Counted from the stretch's first letter, positions 25,092-39,545 are shown. The stretch is 64,000 bases of DNA from Octopus vulgaris (GCA_951406725.2 OX597815.1:39618001-39682000); one strand, 5' to 3'. Made by a program: numbers and translations. Notes: generated from the letters alone by a model not told the origin.

Positions 25092-25371
25092 CAGTAACGG
25101 ACTGGCCAGGTTGCCAGCTTGCCCGATGGCAAGTAGGCCCCTGCGCCATTAGAATCCATATATGGGGGCCCATGTGAGTATCTAAGGGACCCATCCCTTC
25201 AAGTTTGAGAATTTTTTATTCACTCCTGGAAGAACGCATTATTTCAGCTTGGCTGTGTTTGTAGATAGTTGAAAAGAATACTTTAAAAAAAATTAAATGA
25301 TAGCATGGTAGTTGCGGGTGGGCCCCACTTAGTCTCCTGGCAACCAATATTCTTAAACCAGTCCGCCACTG
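25092..25371. mobile_element. hAT-type MITE (280 bp)
   Basis: TIR cagtaacggactgg / ccagtccgccactg (12 of 14 match); 8-bp TSD ctcttcac at 25084-25091 and 25372-25379. Confidence 0.9.
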
Positions 25372-25529
25372 CTCTTCACCTACTTTTCCAAGTTGGACTT
25401 TAAGATGAGAAAAAGAACCTAATACACAAACCCGTCATTTGGGGTGGGGTGGTGTAGGTGGTGTTGTATACTGTGACAAACCAAAGACAATGTTTCGTTT
25501 CTTTTTTAAATAGAAAGATGTGACTTTAG

Positions 25530-25830
25530 GGATATTTGACTCCAGTTTTAGTAGGTCGAGAGACTAGGAAGAAGTATCTTCGTTGGTTCGAAGATATTGG
25601 TTGTAGAACCAATTTTGAAAGACATCGAGGGTCTGGTATATGCAATAAATGTACAATTTTTTCTTTTAGAAATAATTTCATCTCTGCTTCAGTAAGTACA
25701 GTGAAGGTTATGCTCCCCTGATGAGGTCAGAACCTTTTCGAAACTATGTTCAGAGTTAACCTCCCATATTTACTGGTAAATGACAACAATATAAGTCATT
25801 GACCAATTTTGTACTTTTTTCTCATCACAT
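25530..25830 (+). mobile_element. Penelope-like element 3' relic with degenerate type I hammerhead
   Basis: EPIL..RHRG resembles the PxLNRDxG GIY-YIG C-terminus; CTGATGA (25718) GGTcagaACC ttttc GAAAC tat GT follows. Confidence 0.5.
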
Positions 25831-26282
25831 ATCTATTTAAATTTTTTATTTTTTTATTGCTCCTTACATTAAATATCTTTACACCGACAGACTAATTCTT
25901 TTTCATGTGGAAAATCTTTCTGAATTATATAAATCATAGCCATTAATGGAGTGAGGCGTGGGGTGTAGTATTTTAGAACATTTATTGGTGAACTATATAT
26001 TGTTATATAATTTTCTGTCTGGTGTTCTACTGATAAGCAAGACTTCCGAGAGAAATTTTGCAAGGCGGAACAAGACAATAGCTTCCCGACCACCCAGGGA
26101 GGGGAGGTGTTCTCTTCATGTTCAAGAGTTCCTTTTTTTCTTATTCGTTTTAGAAGCTCATCAGATATTCACCAGCCCTCCCCTGGCTCTCCGGGCCCCG
26201 AATTGATATATTGGCAGAACTCGACTCCTATTCCCACCCCAAACACCTTATAAAGCCCTGCTGACAAGACCACCTGCATGTA

Positions 26283-26285
<3 letters not shown>

Positions 26286-26357
<72 letters not shown>
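26286..26357. repeat. (TA)n microsatellite
   Basis: Seen directly. Confidence 0.95.
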
Positions 26358-26361
<4 letters not shown>

Positions 26362-26711
26362 TTATTTTTGTTTTTTTATTTTGGACGTGGAACAAAAGCG
26401 TTATATTTTTAAAAAAGTTTGGATGGGATGGTAATTTGTTCCAACCATTTAGTGTATCTTGAATTTAAATACAGGATTAGATCTGAAACTGATTTTCTTT
26501 CTATCATCTGACACTTAACTACACAACACTTGCCTACAATCGTGAGCATAACACCCAACTACTAGGCGAACTGACTCTTCCAGCTCGGACTTGTGAAAGT
26601 CGATATGATCGAACTTCTCACATCCTTTTACTGTTTATGTATAGAAAGAAGGAAAAGTGGTCGAATTTCTCCAGTAGCGTCTCCGAGATGGTGATGTTGA
26701 GATCTGGAGAA

Positions 26712-27090
26712 GGTGGCGAGGTGTCGGGCGAAATGCGTAGCCGTATTTCGTCTGTCGTTACGTTGTGAGTTCAAATTCCGCCGAGGTCGACTTTGCCTTT
26801 CATCCTTTCGGGGTCGATTAAATAAGTACCAGTTACGCACTGGGGTCGATTTAATCGACTTAATCCGTTTGTCTGTCCTTGTTTGTCCTCTCTGTGTGTA
26901 GCCCCTTGTGGGCAGTAAAGAAATAGGTATTTCGCCTGTCTTTACTTTCTGAGTTCAAATTCCGCCGAGGTCGACGTTGCCTTTCATCCTTTCGGGGTCG
27001 ATAAATTAAGTACCCGTTGCGTACTTGGATCGATCTAATCGACTGGCCACCTCCACCAAAATTTCGGGCCTCCTGTCTAAAGCAGAAAAG
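26712..27090 (+). mobile_element. Dimeric tRNA SINE (body + Tx1 tail + body + second tail)
   Basis: Two bodies separated by gtcctctctgtgtgtagccccttgtgggcagtaaagaaata. Confidence 0.85.
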
Positions 27091-28650
27091 AATGTTGAAG
27101 TCTGGAGTTTCCTGACTTAAAACGGGTTGTGCCAGGATTTTTGTCTTTTTGATGTTGACTTTTAGGCCAAGCCGAGCATTGACTTTTAGGCCAAGCCGAG
27201 CATTGAAGTTATTCACCGATTGTTGAAGCTATTCACTGGAGTGGCAGACTGCTGCGTTGTTATTAGCATACTGAAGTTCAGTGATCTTTTGCTTCCTGGT
27301 CAGTCTTCGTGATTTTAATCTGGCAAAGTTGAAACATCATCCGTCACATCGGTACCAAATGTTGACTCCTGGATTGTCCGAAGGCAATTCATGAAATTTT
27401 GCTGCAAGGTACAGGGAGAAGAATGTCGGAACCAAAACGCATCTTTGTTTTAATCCTCCAGTGATGGGGAAGTCTTCAGACAGTTGGTTTTGATGGAAGC
27501 TGGTTCCAGTCATACCGTTATGTAATCCCTGTACTAGGGAAATGAACTGATCGGGACAGCCGAAGCGTCGGAGGACCTTCCACATTGCAGGCCTTGGGAC
27601 GGTATCAAAGGTCTTTTCGAGGACGTAGAAAACAAAATAGAGAGGCTTTTGTTGTTCTCATTTCTTGTATTTTTCGAGCACAAAAGATCATGTCAGTTGT
27701 CCCTCTAATGGTCGAAATCGACATTGTGATTTGGGTCGGACTTCCTCCGCGATGACTTGGAGACGATCCAGAAGGAGCCTTGCAAATATTTTCCCTGTGG
27801 TGGAGAGCAGTGAGATGCTCCGATAGTTACCACAGGTCTTTCTATCTCCTTTTTTTGAAGATGGTAATGATAACAGCATCCTTGAGGTCTTTGGAAACAT
27901 GGCGGTTCTTCCACATTGGGAGAATCAATGAACAGACTGGTGTTTAAGAGTACTCCACTGGAATGTTGTTTGGACCAGGGGATTTCCACCGCTTCATGCG
28001 GTTGAGGGCAATCTGGTACTCTTCGTAGGATGGTGGCGTGTTCATCCAGTGTTGAGTTGGATGCATGGCTACGTTCTTCAAGGAGTCTTCCGCAGCGTTG
28101 GAGTCTTGGTTCAGAAGACTCGAGAAGTTCTCCCTTCAGCACTGAAGGATATCTCGTGGGTCAGTCAGTATGTTGTTGGAGTCTACTGATTGAAGAGATT
28201 CTGTTGATGATCTCATGGGCCCAAAAAATTCCTGCATAGAAACGTCTGAGGTCGCAGGCGTCAGCATATCCTTGTAGTTCGACGACTTTTTGTTGCCACC
28301 AGCTGTTGTGCATCTCTCTCAATTTTGTTTGGCATTGTCTTTTGAGGTCTTGATATCTCACCTTTTTGTGCCGCGATCTTGGATCTTGCTCGTGAGAGGC
28401 TGGCTTGCCGTTTTGCATCAATCAGCTGGCTGATTTCTTGATCATTGTCATCAAACCAGTCCTGTTGTCTCCTTTTCCTGAACCCAAGAGTGTTTTCAGC
28501 CACTGCAGTGATGGTTTTTCGAAGTGTGCTCCATTCCTTACCCATATCCTGGTTGTCAGATGGAATGGATTGAAAGCGTTTGAGAGTGGAAGATGCATAA
28601 AAGGGGCTGGTTTCTGGGTTGTTAAGTTTCGATATGTCAAATTTGAGGCC
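27091..28650 (-). mobile_element. RTE-BovB-like LINE ORF fragment, frameshifted
   Basis: RRQQDWFDDND, KKGDRKTCGNYRSISLLSTTGKIFAR, WKVLRRFGCPDQFI, GLKQRCVLVPTFFSLY. Confidence 0.9.
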
Positions 28651-31029
28651 TAGTGGAAGCTAAGAGCGGCTACTTTGAGTAAACTGTTATCTCCCAGCCA
28701 TAAACTAGTTGGTATTTTTTTAATTATAAAACACTTTTTATTTTTGGATGAGCTATTGTTTTCTGATCCTTTTATGCAATATGTCCAATTTAGCCTAAAC
28801 ACCCTGTATCTGTTCTCGGGTGGTAGACTTAACAAGTCGTCCGATTCTCACCATCACTACTAAGCAATTGGGACTATTCTCTTGCATCAATTTGGTTAAG
28901 GTCTTTTGTGTGAATATTACAGCAACAATCCATGATTCGCTGTTCCTTCTCCATTATCAGCAACATTGGAAAGAAAAAATAAATGAAAAATATCTAAGAG
29001 CCTCTCTCCCTCCATTGGCTAAACCATAAAAATCAAAGTTTCGTACAACGAATTCAAACCAAATGGTTTTTGATGTGTTGTGACAGAATATAAACTAATC
29101 ACACCAATAGTATTTAGTAATGTTACTGAAATTAGTGGGTTTCAGGTGTGCTTCAGTCTCAGACTACGTTTTACCTGTACACTTAGCCGTTTTAGTCAAT
29201 TCACTTAAATCTTTAAAAAATTCGAGGAAATTAGTTGTTGCCAACACCAGCAAAAATGAATTCAATAAATCTAGTACAGCCTGACGAGTTAGATTTTTTT
29301 TGTCCTACTTACGACGCAGTTGCAGCTTTTATTGTTCGGGTTTTTCTTTTCTTTTTAATAGTAAATTTCTAGTTGAACAGTCGTCATACCAAAGAATCCA
29401 CTAGACTTTGTTGAAGGAACTTCATTCTTCTATTTTACTAAAATTACACCGACTTAAAAGTTCCTAAATCTGTGCAAATTCTCCGAAATGAGTGACGTTT
29501 TTAAAACGTCTCGCAAATCCGAATTCCGGCAGTTGCATCGAGATAAACGATACAAGTCAAATTTCTAAGGAAAGTTAAGCGAATAGATTTTAAAGAGGGG
29601 TTTTAATACTGTTTTCTCTATTAACTTTTGATTGATAGTTTAACTGAAAGTGTAGTACCATTCAAAAGGCTGTTGGTGACTACATCCGGCCTAGCTAAGG
29701 AAAACGTAAAGCCTAGAAAAGTTATATATTTACTCTGTGTTTCTCCTTAATAACTTTTGGCAAAATGTCTGACTTCAAAGCGGAAAATGATATGATTTCA
29801 CCATGGCTATCAGAAAATTATAAGTAAGCATAGCTGTAGTCAAGGAGGGGGCCAGGGGTGGCTTAGCCACCCTTGAAAAGTGTGCATCCCCCTAGGATTT
29901 ATATCTATAATGTATTGGATAATATGTATATTAAAACAATTATAAAAAAAATATGATCCCCCTCTATGATCTTATCTTGCCCTACCACGCGTATGTCGTC
30001 TAGTAACCAATCTGAAAGACAGACAACACACTTTCCTTTTCTAATGATCCCTTTGTAATGATGCTAGTAGAAGACTAATATTCATTTAACGCGTATTCAA
30101 CTTTCTCTCTTGTGTTTACTTTTTCTTTTTAATGAATGTAAGCCATGTTGTTGCTAAAGCCGTATCATTTATGTTTAAAATCTGTTTCCTCTAGATACAC
30201 ACACGCAAAAATAAGGGTTGGTTGGATAGAAAATACTATGAATGGACATACAAAGAAAAGCAGCCACCATTGAAGATAATATAAGAGATGAAAGGCGTCT
30301 ACATTACTTTCATTCATAATAGAAACATTTCTCGGATGATAATCGCCGTGAACTAGCAGACTAGCCGTAAATTAAATTTTCTGAATTATACATCTTATAG
30401 AAATTCGTCTGAGTTAAGAATATTAGCAAATGGTAACAATAGATATTAAAATACAGAAACATTTTGTTAGATAAAGTATTGATTTCGAGACTAGGTTCAC
30501 ACAAAATTCCCTGTGTGTTAGAGTAATGAACATTCTTCATCTCTTTTTTCGATGTCGCAATTCATCCAGTATCTTATTGTATTATTCCCTTCCTAAGTAC
30601 GGGAGAAAAAAGAGCTAATGAATTACAGAGTCTTTGGCCCACAACAATCACTTTTCTCTCCATCTTTCTGCCATTCCCGGTGACATACTATTGAATTACA
30701 GTCAGTTATACTCAAATACTTATTCAGCTATTTATCATATTAGTTACGAATGTTGGTTTCCGCTTTGCTTATAGAATAAATCTAGTATTCCTTATTCTTA
30801 TATCACAGTTGGAATATTGCTTCCCTCTGTGACCACCCTGTACGACAGAGAGAGAATGATAGCTATCTAGAAATCGATCGTAGATTATAGAGGAAAATAG
30901 GCAGCAATCCATATCTCAATTACGGTGATGAAATCAATCAGAAATGTGTGACTGTTTCTCGTCATAATGTTCCAAGTTAATCTTAAAATTGTTATAACGG
31001 TTAGTCACTTTGCCGATTCTGCTTTTTAT

Positions 31030-32645
31030 TCTATTGTTATTAACTGTTGTGTGTCTTAAGGCACTTGCTTTGCTACCTTACGACAGTTCTGCTGACGCTC
31101 TCCCTCTTGTTTGAAGGAGGAAGCACAGTCGTGAAAAATGGAATATGACAATTTGATTTCTTCGGAATTCACAACGTCCGAGGAGGAATTGCTGAGAGCA
31201 ATTTCTGTGGCGGACAGGAAAGAAGAAAAAGTTAATTTTGCGACCTTGGTCAAAAGCCACAAAGAAATAAAGATGAACATGGAGGAATTTGGAAAATACA
31301 AGAATATGCTACGTAGGGTGGGGACAGGACGTGAAGGTCACTCCTCCTCAAGACAAGGAAAATTGAAACGATGACAACGAACCAGAAAGAAAAGGCCCTA
31401 AAACCCACCTGGCAGAAAAATGTTTACCTTGCCAGAGGAAGGAAATTTGAGACAGTGGAGGTGTAGTTTCGAGATGAGGCTACTGCCAGGCAGCACTCGC
31501 CAACTCCCTTGAAGACCGATGAGGTGATACTTCTGCCCATCTACCTTGGAAGACGTGCTTCTAGAATAAGGGTAGAAGACATTCCCCCGGAAGATGTGGC
31601 CTGGCTGGTAGCTGCACTACTACTAGGCCTCGAGAAGATAGTGGTCCTCCAAGCCACCAGTACAGAGGACAAAAATTGGCAAGGGCAGAGCCTGGATATG
31701 GTTATCCAGGCTACCCCGCAGGACCTAGAAAATATGATAGAAACCATAACGGTCGATGAAGTAATACTCAGGGTTAAAGTGGAGGGCAGGATCCTTCACT
31801 ATTACAAATGTGGCCAAAAATTCCCCATTAGAGCGGAATGTCCTCCACCGCCCGTAAAGACACCAAAGATACCCGATAATGGAAAAGAAATTACACCTCC
31901 ACCGCCGGAGAAAACCAGTGGGAGAGAACTCAGCACCGAGTAAGAAGGTGAAAACAAAGAAAAAACCAAAAACGGATGGGAAACAGCAGGAAAGAGAAAA
32001 AAAGCACAATCTGTTAAAGATGACCCCCATCCCACACCCACCCGATTCCCACCTAGACCTACTCTGCCCCACCCTTCCCCTGAAAACACCAACCCTCACC
32101 CTTCCCCTCCTGACACTGATAAACTAGACACAGACACACAAGAGCCCCAAACTTCCCAATCCTTACCCCGTGGAAAAAAGTATTGTGCTTCACGATGCGT
32201 CACATGTTAAGCTATGTAAGGAAGTAAACAGTTGGGACGAACTAATAAAGGTAAGCACTATAGAATGTAGGAAGGTGCCCTTGTACTTTGATTGTGTAAT
32301 AGCGGATTCCTAAAAACACATCAAGATTAAAAGAATACGGGAACAATGTTTTTTACTGGGAAAAGAAAATTGACACCAGGGGAATACCAATAACAGTAAG
32401 TTTCCACGAGCCTCTTTGAAATTTTAACAGACATTTTATGTGTTGAATAGGTGTTGAAAGTTTTTAAAAATAAGTAATTTATCGTTTTAACAAGTATAAA
32501 TGAAGTCGCTCGGATGTGGAGTCGAATGGCTTCATTTTATTTTTCCTTCGTTTTTTTTTTATCCACACCTTTGTGTTTTTGCCTGTCCTTGTACTGTCCC
32601 CTCTGTATTTGGCCCTTTGTAGGCAATAAAGAAATAGAAATAAAA
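31030..32645 (+). mobile_element. ORF1-only (HAL1-like) non-autonomous retroelement, near full length
   Basis: Disrupted gag-like ORF from ATG 31138: LLPIYLGRR..IPPE..WLVAA..VEGR..(C)YKCGQK..IRAEC knuckle; no RT; Tx1-type tail at 32500-32640. Confidence 0.75.
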
Positions 32646-33929
32646 ATCAGTTTTCATTTCTATAAAACTGTCATAAACGTTTCATTCATTCCAGTAAAAT
32701 AAAGTAAATATAGGCATATAACACATCTAACATCATTCTCTGACTTAATCAAAGAGCAACGGCCATGACCTTTTTCGGGACTTCCGAGATTTGTGGGTGT
32801 TTGAGTAGTTTATCCACAAACTGGAGGCTTCAGCCAATATTTGCAGCTAAGTAGACTAACAACTATGAATGAATAAAGAGATTTTTACACCCCTTTATAC
32901 CTGCGCCAAGGGGGAACTACTGCCTCTCTTCTACACCTGTTTATGGTTTCTGCTTTATAAAGTAGATTGGGTTTAACATAGAATTTTGTAATGGTTCAGC
33001 ACTTTCAACTGTGATATTGCATCATTCAACTCTTTCCCCCCACCTCACCCCCACCCAAAAATTACTGACTTTATGGAAAACATCCTTTTATTTATAAAGC
33101 TACAACCTATGCTAAGTTGTATTTAGCATTTATTATTGTGAACCTGATAGATTCTATACAAAAGTAAATTTATCAAAGTATGTTTGTGGTCCAGATGCTT
33201 ATTGCTAGTTTCATGAATTATCTTCCCCAAATCATCAACAAATGTATTTCAATCACATGATCTTACGTCGTGGATGTGTAGTAGACAACTATGTGAACTA
33301 ACAGTGGATAAGATACAAATTTTATAGAAGAAATATCAGCCAGAGCTAACAATATATTTCCGTTAATTAGGGTAATAGCTAATAATTCAGGCCCTCTTTT
33401 CTATACATTTAATTTGTGACATTCTGCTTTCACTCCTTTTAAGACAGGATTTGAAATTCAGAGTGCATGAGTAGGTAAAAAAGAAGTCAAAATATTGTAT
33501 GACCTCAATTAAAAAAAAAAGTAAAATTTGTTTTGCACGTAGAAAGTGTTCTAATGCAATCTGAAATTATTATTCTTCTCATTAATTAAGAGTGTTTGTG
33601 CTATGTGAGTTAGATTGTCTGCGATACGAATTATGCCGGTATTTGATTGATTCGTTGGGCCCTAGTACTGTAGCGATCAGTTGCATGCACTGTAGCCATT
33701 GGAATGAAATTATAAAAATCCTCCTTATTTAATCTATCAATTATGATTGCTGTTAAGTACTTGTTTATTTGTTTTACTGTTGTTTTACTGGTGTAGGTTT
33801 TCCCTTTGGGATTACCTTTGGTGATTCGCTGTTTTTGTGTCGTTTTATGACACATTGCCTGCTTCGGCAGGTTTGTTTCCCCCGTTCAAGGACGAGCAGT
33901 TTTGTGTGAAAAGTTTTGTCTTACACAAT

Positions 33930-35255
33930 ATGGAAGTGATGGACTACCCTTATAAGTGTCCGACTCCTTAAGAGTTGGACGAACTGTGTAAACCCTTTAG
34001 TGAGGATGAAGCTGAGGTACAGAGTGTCAACGTACCAGAAAGCATACAAGAAGACAGAGAGACAACCAGTAACGCGGCTGAAGCCTTTGACGAGACGCAC
34101 AACATCAGCTCAGACATAGTCAGAAAGTTTGATTCAATTCTACAGACAGAGGAATTAAATATGAAGCTGACTCCACTTGGAGAAGTGATGGAAAACAAAA
34201 AAAAACAAAAACAAAGAAAACTATCATTTATAGGACACTGTCTATGAAAACGAAGAGGACAGAGATGGCATCTAGGGATGCCTAAAACCAATATGGAGTA
34301 GAATTGAGTACATCAACAGAGGAAGGAGGTTTGGCACGGTAGAGATACGAATCGTCTCAGAGAAGGAAGTGAAAGACTAATCAGTAATAACCTTAAAGTT
34401 GGCAGAGCTAATGCTGCTGCCGTCTTATCTCGGGAAAAGAACGGCTAAAACCTCCATCGAAGGAATTCCATTAGAAATTAAGACGGAGTGGCTGATACCA
34501 GCCGTATTTAATATAAAGGAGGATGTAACCATCCTCCAAGCTTCCGAAAATGGTAAACAGAACTGGTAAGTAAAAATTTAAGCCTAATAATTCAGGCCAC
34601 TACTAACGATCTGGAAGAAATGCCAGAATTTGTTGTATTACCATACAACACTAAATTAAAGATAATGGGAAGAAGACAAAGGTGCTTCAGGTGCGGTCTA
34701 AAGGGACACATTAAAGCAACGTACCCCTGGACCTGCAACCTGAAGTTACAAACAACCCAGCACAGCCAGACAGCCAGAAGGAGGAAAAGGAAACCCACAC
34801 ATAGACAGACAAACAATATGAAGAGAGGATACGGACCTCTGTGTCTAACTCCACAAAAGAAAAACAAGAAGACCACATTAGGGGGGAGTCTTTGCAAAAA
34901 AAGTACCCAAAAAGAGACACCAAAATATTTACCATCAACCTCAAATGAAGTAAGTAACGAAGATTGTGCTATGGTTAGGAGGAAAAGGAAAACGAAAAAC
35001 ACCCTACCTCACACAAATACTTCAAACATACAAAAACCAGCATCCACAACATTCACACACTCATCTTGCTCGAAGCAAAACTCCATACACGCACAATTTA
35101 CACACGAGACACAAAAATTGTACTCCTTTTTTTTTTTCCAACAGAACTAATTACAATCCACTCACTCAGGACATCACACCACCAGCCTCACCCAGAAAAC
35201 CACCTTGGCCACATACTGAGATTCATATATTAACCCTTCTACAACTGAAAACATA
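33930..35255 (+). mobile_element. ORF1-only retroelement, diverged copy lacking the 3' tail
   Basis: LLPSYLGKR..IEGIPLE..WLIPA..IIQAT..GRRQRCFRCGLKGHIKA aligns with 31509-31850. Confidence 0.7.
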
Positions 35256-35825
35256 ACGTGTTCAAAATTATTGCATGGTTCTTACATTAATTGTTACCCC
35301 TTTCCGAACTGTAATTGATATGCTGTTGTAAATTACTTGTTATCCAAGTAATTCAGTTGGAACTCTATGTCATCCCATGGTGATCAAAGTGAGTTTATAT
35401 TTGGAAGAAGAAAAAAAATTATAAAAAGCCTTCCCTTCAGCTCCACATCTATTTCGTTCCATGGAGTCATTACAGTTCTCAGTTTTTCTTTGTTTTTTGT
35501 TTTTTCAGAGTTTGATGACATTTCTCAGCTTGTCTTTCTTTGATCCCTAATTTCTCTCCATATTTTCAGTAACGCCAAACTCCCGTTTGGTTGCACAGTT
35601 TCTGTTTTGATTAGCATATTCAATTACTTTCAACTTGTTGCACATCATAGGAACTTCATTTTCCTTTCTGCGAAAAGAATATATCAGGAAATTTTTATAG
35701 TCGTTTGTTAGTATAACACTACTGTGTGAAGGTTTTCTTGACTCTGTAATTCTTGTAGAAGCTAAGAATTCTTTCTTGAAATCTATGGTCCACAGGCAAG
35801 AAAGACCAGTATCACAATATACATA

Positions 35826-36042
35826 TTGATTTCAAATTTTCGCACAAGTTCAACAATCCTAGGGGAGGGGATAAGTCGATTACATCGACCCCAGTGTTCA
35901 ACTGATACTTATTTTATCGACCCCGAAAGAATGAAAGGTAAAGTCGACCTCAGTGGAATTTTAACTCAGAACGTAGTGACGGACGAAATGCCGCTCAGCA
36001 TTTTGCCCTGCGTGGTAACGATTCTGCCTGCCCGCCACCTTA
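35826..36042 (-). mobile_element. tRNA SINE monomer with second tail type
   Basis: Same head and body as 40799; tail ccctcccc...ttgtgcgaaaatttgaaatc. Confidence 0.8.
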
Positions 36043-36479
36043 ATCACAATATACATATCAATTTCCATCTGTTCATTTGAGGTAGTTTTTAAGGTAGTGT
36101 GTCAGATATGTATGTCTTTATGTAGGTGAGTGGGTGTTAGTCAAATGCACGTGTTATACGATCAATAAGCGATAAAATAATTTAAAAAATACGTTGCTCG
36201 AAATACAACAGTACTCCCGCCAGCAGTTTGTAATGATAATAATGGATAATGTAAAAAAAATATGACATTGTTAACTGCAAGTCTGTCATCAGTACTCGCT
36301 GTTGCTTGGTAGATCTGCTTAGTTATATAGTGTGGGTCAATGCTTTTGCTAGATTATGATCGGTTCTTGGTGACGTCGATAGTTGGGAAGTGATTTGGTG
36401 CAACAATTGGTCATAGAATTTATTAGATACTAGTCTGGTGAGCAGGCTTTGGCTCTGTAATTGAATCTGATTATCATGC

Positions 36480-36950
36480 CATTTCCACCGGCTCTCATCT
36501 GTTTGAATCTAATATACCAGTGAATTGAATTTCTTTATAATTATGCCATAAATTTATTTCGTTTACTTCGATAATCCTTAACAAATATTACTCGTCCAAT
36601 ATATTTATCGGAACTTTTGGTGTTCTTGTCCGTCATTGAATCAGTTTTTTCGTCAAATATGACAATCTTTCGTGGTTATCGGTCTCGCCGTATTTCCGCC
36701 GATGATTTTTCCATCTCATCGTACGATAAGAGAGAGAGAGAGGAAAAACAATATTAGAATAAATGGCAACCTTTTCGGATGCATTATATATTGAAATTTC
36801 GAGAACGAACCAATAACAATAATCCACATTTTGTTGTAAAATGGTATGGTGTAGTTGGTATAGTCCAGATTATCTTAGGTCATTCAGTAATATTTCTACC
36901 AGGTACATTAGCAACAGATTGACATACTGGACATGACATTTTACTCTCGT
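36480..36950 (-). pseudogene. Possible decayed TRIM/RING gene relic
   Basis: MSCPVCQSVANVPGRNITE* resembles a TRIM RING end; downstream coiled-coil-like INILDE*YLLRIIEVNE; stops present. Confidence 0.3.
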
Positions 36951-37721
36951 TTAAGTATCAGATTTTATTCTCGCCCAGTATCTCCTATATTTATATCTAT
37001 CTATATATATATATTTCACTAGGCCATGCCGCAATGATCTTCATGCAGTAGAATTTACATTTTTCTTATTTTTTAAGAGCGGTTATCCCAGAAAATTTGA
37101 CTACTAAATTAATAAATTCCATTATTATTTACTGCATTACGTTTTTCCAACTCGTACATGTTCGTCTTCAGTATTTAGTTTTCCCGTCCAACCCTTACCA
37201 ACTGATTGTTTAATGTGAATAATATTTGTACTGAAATGAACAATTGTTTCTGATTTCTTGATATGATTTTTTTTTTTTAAAGTTACAAATTTAACTTCAA
37301 TTTCGTTTTTGATTCCCATACAACAACCGTTCGAATGATTGTTACACAGACACAAATTTGGAATTATAATTTCAATTCTTGCTATGTATGCATTCGCTAT
37401 ACGACCAAAATTCTCCACATCGATCACATTTTTATCCTTTTGTAGACAAACTTTCTTTTCGTGTGGAATATAACATTTCAGATAGCTTTTTCAAACATTT
37501 TATAATATTTTTGCTTAACACAAGTAACTTTAGATATTTTTAAAAAATCTAATTCGATAAAATTATAAAAAAAAAACATCGTTAATGTCCTGTGTCACTG
37601 ATGTTGAGCCACTAAGTAAAAGCTCGGTTTCCTTAGCACGAATTTAGTGACTTAATATATTACTCACTGATGGTGTAATATTTTTGCTTGCATAACACAA
37701 TAATATTTTTGATGGCTTCTC

Positions 37722-38268
37722 TATTCCTTATATTGGCCATAAAGGCCTTACATAGAAGGGAAGCTGCGGGCTGGACATAGACATAATGATATATGAAATG
37801 ACAAATGAAAATGATAATAAATGAAGGCAACAAGCAACGCCCGCCGATTGCTGCTTACCCGAGAACATTGATCTTTTATATTTCCTTCACGAGGTAACAG
37901 ACCTCTTACATTGTTCACAATTTCAATAACAAAAATGAGGCGCTAAGCCTCTTACCTTTATTTTCAATTATAAACTTTCATGCCCGACCAGGCTCCTCGC
38001 CTCATTCAAGCACATGGACGGTGCCAAGTCGGGCCACTTTAACATAAATCTAAAAGTGTCCTCGGGGAAGGAGTTCATCACCCTGCACAAATGGGTCTCC
38101 CATATGACCTCCGCAGCCACCTGCGAAGGCCAGTCAGGGCCCTCAGTGCAAGATAGAATCCTTTCCCTCCGGCCTTTCTTTTTAAACTTCTTAACGAAGC
38201 TTTCCGACGACCCTCCCTTATGGAAGAGGATCACAAATTCTTCATCCTTAGCATGGGAAGGACATCAC
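37722..38268 (-). mobile_element. 5'-truncated retroelement with Tx1-type tail and 12-bp TSD (probably ORF1-only family)
   Basis: TSD tgatggcttctc at 37710-37721 and 38269-38280; ORF end, hairpin, TTCATT repeats, then tail. Confidence 0.7.
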
Positions 38269-38360
38269 TGATGGCTTCTCGTTGCGTCGACAGGCAAAGC
38301 TTATTTTGCCGTGCGACATAAAAAACGTTCATCTAATTCCAGTCAACCAATCATATCGTG

Positions 38361-38600
38361 CTGAAGGCGTGTGGCCTTGAAATTAGTGTTGCACTCACGA
38401 CCGCATCATCGTGGTTTCGATTCCCTGATAACGCGTTGTGTTCTTGAGCAAAGCATTCCATTTCACTTTGCTCTAGATCGCTTAGCTGTAACTCCTACGA
38501 CTGACAAGCATCGCGTTCACGGGATACGTGATCTCGATCAATTATACGCCATGGAAACCAGGTAACTGTCCCCTGTGAGTCCTAGGACTCGAGACCATAA
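38361..38600 (+). mobile_element. Decayed tRNA SINE (family of 19430-19693)
   Basis: ggtttcgattcc B box; gttgtgttcttgagcaaa core. Confidence 0.7.
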
Positions 38601-38691
38601 TATCCAGGGGTCAATGATGATGATTGAAAGGTCCTCATTACACATTTGGTGAAATTTATTCAAGTCCATCAAAATACGCCTGTATGTGTGT

Positions 38692-38735
<44 letters not shown>

Positions 38736-39244
38736 TTATTCGGTTAGTTTTTCAGTAATTATCGTAAACGAAATTTTGTCTTACTTTTTGAGACCGACTA
38801 CTTAATTTATTAAGTCATCCGTTTCATAACTAATCCCCAGCCATAAATACGATTTCTGCTTGTCTCCAACGTTGTACGCTTACAAATCTGCATTCAAACG
38901 TTGGAGATAAACTTTCCTGTTATCACGATTACGGTCGAATTGCTGAAGAATGGAAACACAAGTGACTGATATATTTGTGTTAAGATGATAATCTACAATT
39001 GTTTTCTGGAATATAGAAAACGTTTCTATTTTTTGTTGTTGCTGTATATCTGTTTGTGGTGACTGTGAATTTCTTTCCTTTGATGGTGTATTAACATTTG
39101 CGAGACAGTAGTCTCAATGAATTTTTGCTGAGCAACTCTGCCTAGATTTTCGAAATATAAATAAGAAAGTCCAAGAAATATGACAAAGAAATAAAAATAC
39201 TGGTAGCAAGTCATGGTGGTGGTGGTGATGAGGATGATGATGAT

Positions 39245-39545
39245 GATCTTTTCTATTATAGGCACAAGGCCTTAAGTTTTAGGGAAGATTATATCAACCC
39301 CGTGTTTCACTTTTACTTAATCTATCAACCCTGAAAGGATGAAAGGCAAAGTCGATCTCAGCGGAATTTGAACTCTGAACGTGAAGACGGAGGAAATACT
39401 ACAAAGTATTTTGCCCGGCGGACTAACGATTTTGCCAGCTCACCGCTTTAATAATAATAATCCTTTCTATTATAAGCACAAGGCCTGAAATTTGCGGTGC
39501 GGGGACTAGACGAGTACATCGACCCCAGTGTTTCACTTGTACTTA
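39245..39545 (-). mobile_element. tRNA SINE monomer plus adjacent 3' fragment (second tail type)
   Basis: Family head at ~39447; the two copies are separated by (aat)n. Confidence 0.75.

Noticed and set aside
36685-36715. KIIGGNTARP trypsin-like activation motif on the minus strand
   Set aside because: A stop follows within a few codons, with no PW motif or catalytic-triad exons nearby.
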